DNA of 64,000 nucleotides from a virus. Shown one piece after another: positions 46,637 through 58,600 of this stretch. The notes under the pieces are model-generated. The model was not told the origin of the DNA and did not search any database. It saw nothing but the letters and a program-made list of their open reading frames with translations. Position 1 is the stretch's first letter, and each line of letters starts with the position of its first letter. The translations under genes and the position numbers were made by a program. The stretch is taken from the IMG/VR virus record IMGVR_UViG_3300038556_000043, positions 19,736 to 83,735 of that record; one strand, 5' to 3'.

Positions 46637-49600
46637 ATGTTCAATACTTCAAACGAAAATAGTGGCAATCTGCCTTTTGTTCCGTTCAAAGACGTACAAA
46701 AACAACTCCAGGAAGAAGCACAAAACTCTCCCAAAGAAATTTTTCAGGATGGCCCCTTAAAAGGCAATCCGAAGCCTCCCGCAAAGCCAATCATAGATTT
46801 TACTGACATTTCTGATTACGCTCCCAAAACATCACAGGATATAGACATATACCGTGATTTTGTGCGCGAAGCGGCTAATAACGCCAATGCAAACGGAAAG
46901 ATTGTTGACAGCCAGGGCAAAGAGAAAGAATTGAAAGGAAGCTGGTATGACACAATGGAAGGAAAGTTTGCGGGATTCAATGACTGGAAATACATGGCTC
47001 CCGTTCGTCAGGATGAATCTGGCCAATGGGTAGACGATACCAGTTACAACCCCACTACCGGATATATGCGTAAGTTCGACGACGAACAAAAATACGCTTT
47101 CCTCTATCCTGTTTATGATGAGAATGGCCAAGCCACTCTCAAAGAATTTATCGGTACCAAAGCCGAAATGCAATCAGCCCAGATTGCGGCATTGAATACG
47201 TTTGGTCCTGCCGAACGCAATGAAGGACTGATGACCTCGTTTGCCAAAGGTTTATCCAAGACTGTTTTGTCTACGGATGACCTGGTGGCCGGATTTGTAA
47301 AGTTTGGTACGCAGCCTTCCCGTTGGGTTAGCGAAGCCTTGTTCCGTGCCATGGGCGACAGTCCCGAAGAAGCAAGCTATTACGCAAACAATTCTTGGTT
47401 TGCCAAAGCCATTGATGGATTTTACAAAGATACCATCGAAGACTCCAACCAAAACGACTACGTTGCCAGCCAGAAGGCCAGTGACGCTTTTTCTGCCGAC
47501 TGGGTTGGTTCGGGCGTAGGTAACGCTTTGGGTAGTATCGCTCAGTTTGGTGGCATTGGCCGCGGCATTCGTCTGAGCGCGGGACTGTTCAACGCAGGAG
47601 CAAAACAGTTGGGTATTGATTTGCTCAAGCGTGAAACGGCAACCCTTTTGAGTACTTACGGTTCGTCTGCTGTACTTGGTTTTGGCGCAGGATTCAATGA
47701 GGCCAAAGCCAACGGGTTATCTGATGACATGGCATTTGCTTTTGCATTGCCAGTGGGATTAATCAATACCATTGTAGAAACCAAGCTTGGTGAAAACCTT
47801 GATAAATACCTCGTTGGTGGCCTTTCGGGAAATATTGCCAAGGAACTTTTCAACGAGACTGGCGGCAAGATATTGAGCGAAAAAGCCCTTGCCAAAGTAG
47901 TAAACAAGGTAGCCGAAAAAATGTCTTCCAAAGCCTTATTGGAAACCGCAAAGAATGCAGGTTCGGAAGGTCTTGAGGAAATGATTCAGGAAGGCAACGA
48001 ACAGCTTTGGCGCACTACCTTCAATGCTTTTGCGCTTACAGGTAACAAGGGGGAAGGAAAATTCAAAGAGGATGGTATCAATCTGGGTGCCATTGCCGAA
48101 AGCGGATTTTTTGGTACGGTGGCTTCCGGGCCTTCGTCTTACCGTGCGGCTTTGGCAGAATCGCGCAGCTATGGCTATCAGCCAGACAAGGTGATTGAAA
48201 GCTACGTTGCCCAGGGCAAAAAAGATCAGCTGATTTCCGGTTTGGACGAACTGCTTGCAAAAAAAGTAATCACCCAGGATCAATACAATGAGAAGATAGA
48301 CCGCATCAAAAAATTTGATCGGGTAGAGCAGCTGGCCAAAAAGAACAAAGCCAATTTCGGCAATGCTTTTCCTCAATTTTTGAAACACGAATTCACGCAA
48401 CTCAACTTGCAAAAATTCGAAATTGAGGAATCGTTAACAAACCTTTGGAATACCGAAGGTCAAAAACTGGCTTCGGGTGAGTTTGATCCCAAGTCATTAA
48501 AGAAAGAGGCTCAGGAGAAACTAGGAGGCTATCAGAAGCAGATTAATGAACTTGACAAGAAGATCAATCTGTACTATAGCCCTGAGTACATTGGCATGCG
48601 CAGTACGCAAATCAAAGAGTTGGCTGATTCGGTCAGTTCGGCCAACCGGTTTGCACGTACACGCAAATTTTTTGTCAACCTGAACCAACTCAAAACCAAA
48701 GCCCTCAACCGGCTGAAAAACAAATCTGGCAATACAACCGCTGATGTGGCTCCGGATGATATGCCGGTGGTAATCACTCCGGAAGAATTGAAAGCTGTGG
48801 TGGATGCGGTGAAAGCAGGAGATCCAGATGCAGGTATTACCATTGATGCCAATTGGCTCAATGAGAATCCTATCTACCTTTCGGATTTGTTCGGACCTGA
48901 TGACCTGGCGGTACTGGCTCAGTTTGGCGTAAATGTGCCTATGCCACAAACAACCCAATCCAATAAACCACAAGAAGGCCAAACCCAAACAAAGCCAGAA
49001 GAGCAAGGTCAGTTGCAAGCAGAAGGCCAAGCGGTATCTGTTACCGAACCTATAACCCCAAATCCGATTGCCGAGAACCCAGACGTTAGCCAGCAAACCC
49101 AAGGGGAGCAAACCAGTACAGAGGCGCAAGACAGCCTAATTAACCCCGTAGAGGCAACAACACAAGAACCCATTGCGCAACAGCAGCCCGTTCAAACCCA
49201 ACAAACCGAAGATACTACTTCCTCGCCAGTTGAAGTAGTATTGACTCCCGAGCAACAGGAATTGCAGCGGGTGGCCCAACTTGTGTCAAAACTGAAAAAC
49301 TTTGATCAGCTAAATTCTCTGCTGAAAAAGAATCCGGAGATTACCAAGACTTCAATCAAAGCAGCTGATCAGACTCAGGTGGCCATGAGTTTTCTCAAAC
49401 CTGAACAGCAATTGCTTTACAAAAAGCTTTTGGGTAGCAATTCTTATCCGCATTCGGTAATTCTGCTTGATTCGGCTGGCTCCAAGAAAGAAGGCCGTTA
49501 TGTGCGCAACCTGTACGCCACATTTGTCAAGGTCGATCTTACCAAACTCAATACCATTAGGCAAAAGATTGAAGCGGGTATTGAATCGCAAAAAGACTGG

Positions 49601-52600
49601 CTAGACTATCAGCAAATACAGAATGATTTCTTTCATCTGCTGATGCACGAAGGCACACACGCTTTGTTTGATGGAGAACTGACAAAGCTGCATAAGCAAG
49701 CCGTGGACGGTGATGTTCATGCGCAACGGGCTTGGAAGCGGTATACGGATTTAGCCACAACTGCATACGAGGCATTGAAGAATAATCCGGCTGCCAAAAA
49801 CCTGTACTTCTTCTCTCCTTTGGTGGCTCAAAAATACCAGAACATGACTGGCGCAAGGAAAATGACTTTTTCGCTGGATTTTGTTCATGAGTTTTTTGCT
49901 GAAGCTCTTTCCAATCGCAGCTTTATGGAACTTCTGAACGGGGTAAACCTGGACACAAGTGATCCTACGCTACGAGCAATCATTGATGAAAATTACGCTT
50001 ATGCCGATGTACCTCCAAGGTCTACTCTTTGGAATGAGATTGTCAAAGCAGTCGTTTCGGTATTCCCTTCGTTACGGGATAAGCTAAGCTTGTCTGACCG
50101 GACGCTATTGGCTGAGGCTTACAACATGGCTTCTCAGCTTAATATTGACATTGATCCGATTGTAGAACCGGCTCCTGTCAACAGTCCCGATGCGGTTGAA
50201 ATTACCAACCTTGACATTTTCCGCTATGAGCCGTTTGCCTTGTTTGGTCGTAACGAAAGCATCAATGCATCCGATCTGGCATCAGAGATTCAAGCCCGGG
50301 TTTCGGTTTTCAATCTGCCTTTTGATGACAAGTTTGACAAAAAACTTCGGGCCTCTTTGCAAAAAGGCATTGGCCTTAACTTTGTAGATGGCACATTCAA
50401 GCCTATTTTTTTCCGGTCAACCAATACCTACATGGTATCCTGGCAAGCAGACAATGGTGATGGAACGCAGGGAACACGCCGGATTTTTATTGACAGTTGG
50501 GGTAATCTGACTTCGATCAACACCAACGTTTTCAATACGGTTGATCCTGTAGACTTTTCCAAGCCAAGCGTATACGAGCCCTTCATGCAAGCCAACAAGC
50601 AAAGCAGCTATTGGGAAAGCAAACGCGAAATGCTCAATGCGTTTGACCGTGCGCACAAAGAAGAATTTCAAGGCCGTAGCTGGCTGACCTATGATCCTGA
50701 CTATGAATTTGTCATTGGCCGGGGAACCGACTACCAGAAAAAAGTAAAAGGTCAGGTTCAGGTGAATTACCAGTTTGCCGATGGAAGTACGGCCGTAATC
50801 GGATATGTACACGATCTGGCCAAAATAAAGCTTGGCCGTTTGCTTTCTACAGGAGCAAGCATTGAACTTGACTTGAAAGTTAAGCCGGGTGCGATGGGTT
50901 CTACCCTGCGCGTGAAGCGCAATGAGAATGGCGCCATTACCGATGTGAAATCTTTGAAAGAACTGGTAGAAGGCTATCAGGTTGAAGAAGGATTGTTCCC
51001 TGCCATAGATGTTCGCTACAAGTCTACTAATGTCAGCAAAGAGGTTTCTGACGCTTCTATCAAAGCCGATTCGTTCACCCACTACGACGAGGCCATTCCG
51101 GTAGAAACCAGAGAAGACCGACAAGATATGCAGCCCGAAGAAATAGTACGGGAAATCGAAGAAGAAAACGGATTCAAGGAGGTGCAACCTGTAAACGAAG
51201 AAGCTACCGTTGTTGACTTCATAATGCCCGATGCGGTAAAACTTCGCATTGAAACCAACAAGGATTTGGTATACCGTCGCGCACGTTACCGTAGGGCTTG
51301 GTTCAACCTGGAAGAAAACGACTTGAAAGACTTTATCATCAGTACTTCCCTGTCGCTTATAGAGAACATCAAACAATCGGAGATCCAAAACTACGGCCCT
51401 CAGATTGGTCCGTCCATAGACCTGTTTGGAATGTCTCAGGATGAATACAGCCAATGGGTGAAAGATGTTCACGACAAGGTAGTGGATGAAACGGCAAATG
51501 CCAGCCAGACGCAAGACGGTCAGGATTGGGACGGTAACGGATTCAACCCGGTAAACACGATTGCCCCGCGAATCAAATGGGACATTGAACGGCTTTTGTT
51601 CGTTGATCCGAACCTGAACCGTGTTGTACCCATGGACTTTACCGATGCTTCGGATATCCTGTATGACGCCACTCAGTTTGCCACTACCATTGAGCAGGTG
51701 ATTGCCAATCTTGAAAAAGTCGGCAACGATCCTGGCCAAAGCATTCGTAACCGAAACATTGCCGGCACACTTGCCAAAAACTATAAAAACTACCTGGGAG
51801 ACAAGTTGCCTCAAAGCGAAAAAGACGAGTTTACAAAAGCGGTACCTTCCCTGTTGTCGCAACTAGGTTCTTACCGTAGAACCGAAGCAATCATTTTCCA
51901 GCCCGTAGCCGACTCAAATGCGGTAAAAGGTTTTTATCCTAACCAGAGCAAAGAGTTCAGAAAGGTTGAGCAGGAACTTGTAACCAAGATCGAAAATTAT
52001 GTTTCTGACCTGAAAGCGATTCAGCTTCCGGAAGGCAGAAAACCAAGTTCTGTGCTGTGGAGCGAAGGCAATAAGATTTTCAACATCACCTCTGCAATGC
52101 GTACTGGCGACGATAAGCTTTCCCCTGTCAAGGTGCTAAAGCTTATTAATCGTTACCTGAACAATGACACGCTTGTTACCGGTATCAATGCCAAGGCTAT
52201 TTATGACAGCTTGAATGCCAAAGAGAAAATGTTTATGAGCCGGTACGTAAATCCTTCTACTGGCCTTTTCATTGACGAACCGGGGAAAGATGGTTACCAG
52301 ATGCTTACAAAGCACATGGAAGATTTCTTGCGCATGATCGGCATTGAAGATTTTCCTTTCCATCTGATGAGCCGTACACGCATTGAAGGCAGTGAGCAGT
52401 TTATTAACGAGCAGATTGAAGAAAACAAGAAGAAGGTTGTCAACCAAAGCTTGAACGAACTGGAAGAATTTCAGAAAACAGATCCTAGCGAGCAAGCATT
52501 GGAAGCCAAAAAAGCCGAGATTCGCAAAGAGGCTCAAAAGAAGCTGAATCGTTTCCGCAGGGATATTCAAAATTCGGTTCCGCTTTACAAGTACCATACG

Positions 52601-55600
52601 GTTACTGTTTCGCGCAACCAAAGCGAATCCAGTGAAAAAACCACTTCCGTAGAAAGAACCGTTCCCATTGCCGAGTTTGCCGTTCAGCTCTCCCGCTTTG
52701 CCTACACTACCGTGGAAAGTGCGGCCGATGGAAATACCGTTCCGATTGCTAAACGCTTGGGAGAATTAAAGACCCTTGCCGAAATTGTGCAGAATTACCG
52801 GGAAGGCAGAAACACCCCTCCTTTCTACATGGATGCTTCGCAGTCCAAACGCTGGAGCCGAAGAATCCGCAACTGGACGGATGATTTGATGGAAAAGCTT
52901 TCAAAGAATATTGACGGTATGATGCACCGTTACATGAAAGCTGATATCCACAAGGATAACAACGTGCTGGCCGCCATTGCCAAAAACAACGGTGAGCCGA
53001 TTGATGTGTATTTTGCCGGGGTGAAAAATTCAGAAGGCGTAGACGGTAGCACGTATTCGGATATGGACAATGGCGATTACATCTTTGCCCAGCTGTCGGG
53101 ATTTGTTACTATGCCAGACAAGTACTGGCACATGGACAAAACCCCTTCGGATAAGCCGGGGACCTACATGTATAAGCTTTTCAAGATTGATACGGCGCAG
53201 TACGAGAACGAGATTGAAAAGCTAAAAGGCATTGAGGAGGTCAGGGCGCAACGGGCCAGCCTACGTTTTAACGAAGCTTTTGAGCCGGTATACAAGAAAG
53301 ATGAAAATGGTAAAGCTATCAAAAATAGCAAAGGATTGCGTGTGGTTGACTACTATGCCATTAAAGACCAAGCCAAATTCAATAACCTTGTTGAACGTGC
53401 TGACTACAAAGGAAAAGACGGAAAATACTACAAAGGCGATTTACATGATCGAGCCAAATACTGGTACGGTGGCAAATCTACCGAGGCCACTCTTGCCAAA
53501 CTAAAAGAGGAGGCGCAGAAGTTTTATGACAAGCTGATTCAGGATAAGGTAAAGATTCCGGTTTCGTCTGCTTTTGAAAACGAATACAATCCTAATCTTA
53601 CCTATCAGCGGGCGGCAAGCGAAGGTTCTGAGTTTGAAGTAACCGAACAAGCCAAACTGCAATACCAGAACCTTTTGCAAAAAGAGCAGGAAAAGATTGT
53701 CAAGCAGTGGTATATCAATAGTGCCATTAATCAGTTCCACTTGGAAATGCTGGTTCAGGGTGATCCGCTGTACTACAAAGATTCGGTGGATACTTCTAAG
53801 CGTATGGCAGGAGCTCGCGGCCCGATTCAGCATCATGTGATGCAAGGAACTTTCAAGCTGGCCAGCCTTCGTGACATTGACGGTGGGAAAACTCCGGTCA
53901 TGCTGCCTAGCATTTCGGTCGACGCCGATGGCAATGCGGTCATTACCGAGCCAACAGAGAAGGCCGAAACCAACCGGGGGGATGCCCAGGGCTACGTAAC
54001 CGAAGATTTTGCCAGAAGATTGACAGAGGCATACGGTACGCTGGCAGGATATGGCCAAATCTTCAAGCCGCTCCTGTTTGGCGTACAGCCTCAGCACATC
54101 GAAGATAACCGTCCGAGTTACCTGAAGCTTTCCTTGTTTGTCGTTCCTGATCCGTACAATCCCAACAATTTGAAATACTACCAGGATCAACCCGACATGA
54201 TGCAGTTTGCCATGAAAATGTACGGGGAAACGGGTAACGCTGTCGATATTGCCGTATTTGAGTCAGGTATAAAAGTGGGTATGTCCAATGTATCCAATTA
54301 CGATGATCCTTTCTATGCTACGCAGGATATGGATTTGTCAATGCTCGGATTCCAGAACAACCCCAAACATATTACCGATGAAGATTCTGATATTTCGGGC
54401 ATGAGCCAGGGCAAAAAGATTTCGGGCAATATGTCTCCGAATCTGGCCAAGATTGCCTATGAAATTGAGGCTCGCATGATCAATGGCAAGGTAGATAAGG
54501 CATTGGAAAAGCTTACTCCGGATGGAATCATTCAGACTGCCTACGAAAGCTTGTCTGCGCGAAACCATACCGCTGAGATAGCAGAGGCGTTGAAGTCTGG
54601 TTTGTCGGTCGATAATCCAATCTTTGGAACCATGATCGAAAACCTTGTCAATTCCTCATTCGCCAGTGCAACAGAATATTTGCGTCTGCCAGGAAACAAG
54701 CTTGTCAACGTTTCCGAGTTGGGCATGAATCGTCCCGGACTCACACAGGAGCAGATTGAATTATACAACCAGATTGCCGAATCTGTTGGTGATCGCACCT
54801 TGCGTTGGGCCGGACCAAGAAAGGTAGACGAACTGCTGCCGTTCCAGTTGGAAGAATACCAGTACGGATTGGAAGCAGGGATTTACTCACTTGATTCCAA
54901 CGGCAACATTTTACAAGAAAAAGAAGGCAAATGGTATCCAAAAGTATTTCCTGCTGAGGTTCTGGTTCCGGCGTCCATGGGAAGCATTGGAGAGAAGTTG
55001 TTGGCTACCCGTATTCCGACTTCGGGGCCGCAGTCAATCATTCCCGCTGTCATTGTCGGTCATTTGCCTAGCGAACTTGTGTCTGGCAATACCATTGTAT
55101 CTCCCAAAGAAGGCCCCGGCATTTTGGGTTTTGACTTTGATGTGGACGGTTTGTTTACCTGGAGAAAAGGCGGTAACAAGGCCATGAAGCAGATGTTTGA
55201 CATTTACTTTGAAATCTTTACCGATCCTAACAACTACAATGACATTACCGAGGCGATCAGCACCGATACATTCAATGACCTTTTGTTCGACCCCAAGAAA
55301 AGCGATGAACAAAACAAGGAACGTTTATTAGGTAGAGAAGGCTCCGAGTATGATCCAAGTTCTCCGGCCACTCAGATTCTTTACAGGGATTTGAATAAGA
55401 TCGGTAAGAAGTTCATTGGTATTTCTGCTGTGGCTGCCAATATCCACAACGTATTTTCCTCTTACCATAAAATGGGAAAGACCATTGAGATTCTGGGAAA
55501 GGTAAGCAAATACGTCAATCTGCCGCGCAGCATCAATATCGGTAGCATCATTTACCGCCAATATGTTTCTACGTATGTGGACATGGTGACTGGCGAGGTA

Positions 55601-58600
55601 AAGCCTATTGCCCCTGTCATGGCAACAATGGTAAACCTTGCGACCGATAACGCCAAACTGCAAAAGCTTTTCAAACTAGGCCTTACGCTTGAAAACGCAG
55701 GTATCTTCTTTGACTTTGTTCTCAAGGGCATTGACCCCAAATACCCACTGTATTTGCTCAATCAGCCTATTGTGAAGGAATACGAAAAGCTGGCTTTGTC
55801 CGAAAAACGGGTTTCTCAAAAGTATTCCGGAAACGAGGCTTACCGGGATCTTGTTGCCAAATACGAAGGAATCATTTCGAACCTGACCGGACAGCAATAC
55901 CGGTACGCTTCCCGCGTAATGGTATCTCCTACCAACCAGGTTGATGTTTCCGTTTCGTTTGATGACCTGAAAATAATGCTGGAACGTTCGGTAATGGGCA
56001 CTGATTCGCCAATGCAAAACGATGTGGAGTACATGAAGCAACAGCTGTTGGTTCTGGAAAAATACCGTTACTACAGCAAGATATCTAAAATTACCAATCA
56101 GCTAGGGGCTTTGATTCGTTTGGATTCTTCGTATCCGAAAACATTCCTGGAGGCTGCCAGCCGTTATGAGCAAATCGGAAAAGGCTTTGACAAAAGCAAT
56201 GTCTCCCAACTGGTAGGGCTCGAAAGAGAAGAAACCGATTTTGGTGTTATCTATAAAGAGATCAAAGACAATCACCCGATTTACAAGATGCATTACCGTG
56301 CATTGACCGAACTTATCAATGCCTATTCGGGTGTTAAGGCCATTGCCGAGCAAGACGTATTTTCAAGATTGTATCCGTTTATGGAAGGTCTTTCTTCTGA
56401 CAACCAGAAAAAGATAGAGGAGCATTACAAAAACTACCTGGTTCAAAGCAAGACCGATTACAATTCTTCTTTGCTTGGCAAGAAAATGACCAATTACCAT
56501 TTTGTGGATTGGTCGAGCCGGATCATTGCCGATCTGATGAATGATCCTTCGTATGCCGGCAACGAGTTTTTTAAGCTGCTTACTGCCGAAATCGTACTCA
56601 AATCTAACCATGACAGAATTATTAATCAGCAAATCAAGCCCTCTACTATCAAGGCCAACACGTTAGGCAAGGAGTTCACCAAAAAGCAAGTCGACGCGAT
56701 TCACAAAGCCTACCTGAGTCTGCCTACAGAGTACCAGCATCCGGAGTTTGATCAGCCGATAGATATTCAAAAATTGCTGGTGGCCAATATTCTTTATACG
56801 AAAGGCTTGGGAATGGGCGGCTTTAACTTCACGCAGCTTTTGCCGGTAGATATAATCAAGTCTTTGGATAGTGCCATAGACCTAAGTGACAGCCGCGACT
56901 TGAGAATAAAGGCAACCGCGTTTTCCAAGCAGCTCATTCAAAACATGAAATTCCTGCAGCGCGACATTAAGAACGACGAACTGGAAGGATTACGGACTTT
57001 GGTACGGATGCAAAAGAAAGTTGATCTGAACCGCATCAAAGTAACCTATGATGTAAAATCCCGCCGCAATCCCGGGTTCAATTTCCTTTGGGATAACCTG
57101 AGCGAATACCGTGGGGTATGGGTGCCGCAGAAAGATGGTAGCAAAGCCTTGTATACCAAAGAATCGGTTCAGATTTCCGAATACGAATACGAACATTACC
57201 TGGTTAAGCTTGACGCTCCCAAGCAAAACTTTGTGGCTGAGTTCTATCCTGCTGCCGATCCTGTCGCAGAAGATATGTCACAAGAGATCGAAAATACAAT
57301 AGCGGTTGCAGAGCAAATTATAAATGCGGTAAACAAAGGCTCCCTGGCCAATGACCCACAGGAAAAGCCAATTCAGGAAAACGAGGAAATCAGCCAGCAA
57401 CAAACCGAGCCAAAAGAACAACCAGGTGAGCCGCAAGCACCCGAACCAATCAATGAAAAAGCAGTAGGAAAAGCAACGCTGATCAAAGCAAACAAGAAGC
57501 TGGAATACACCTTGTTCAATTCCGTTTTTGGAAAGGACATAACCAAAAAAGGATACAAGGTAACCATTGCTGAATTGCCAGACGTTGAACTTTACATTAC
57601 CAATGAGTATGTTGGCACGGACGGAAACCCGGTAACCAAAAAGGCATGGCAAATCGAATCGGTATTACCTGAAAAGGGCGTGATTACCGTTGCCAACTAT
57701 GGAACTACCATTGCTGAGACTTTGGAGAAGTTTGCCGATGACCTCAATTACAAATACATGTATTCGGCCCAAGCCAGGGAAAAGCTGGCTACGGTAGGAA
57801 TTTATTTGGACCCGCGGCTTATGCCTCCAGCAGAAGACACTGACGAGAGCCAAGAGGGTATTCTGAACTACTATGAAGATGTGGTAGGCTACAAGCAACG
57901 GGATACGCCTATGGATGACATGACGCTGGCAGAGCAGGTGATCTATTACCGTTTCGGGGATCTGGCTAACGATATCTGGTCAGCAAACAGTACGATCAAT
58001 CCTGATGATGTGTATGATCCGAACTTTGTAGATTCTGCCACAAGACAGCCCTACACCTATCAGCAAATCATTGATCAGATTATGGGCCAATACCGCGCGG
58101 AAGAAGGCGAATTATTCCAGCTTGCCGATAAGATTGACAATAACAACTACCTGGGACGCGATGCCAATGGCAATTATGTGACCTCTACGAAGGATTTGGC
58201 AGTCATGCATCACTTCATGGCGCGTAATTTCAATACCGCGGATGGACTTGCCAAAAAGGAATTTGCCAATTTGTTCCGCAAGGTTGCCGACGAACTGGTA
58301 AACCGCAGGGTAATGGAGCATATTGCCAAAAACAATATCAGTCCCGATGTTTTGAAAAATCAGAGAGACATTGGCCGCTTCTCAAACTTTACCACTTCCG
58401 TTGCCGAAGTATCTGCCAACCAAGCAGCCTTGCAAGCTGAATCCAAGCGTATCGATGCAGCCAAATATATGACCGATACTGAAACAAACAAGGTAGTTGG
58501 AAAGCTTCGCATTTTGCTTAACAACGTGTACAAAGCCCACTTCGCCAGTCAATCCGATCAGTGGCATCGCAGGTTCCGTTTCTGGGAAAACCACAAGCGT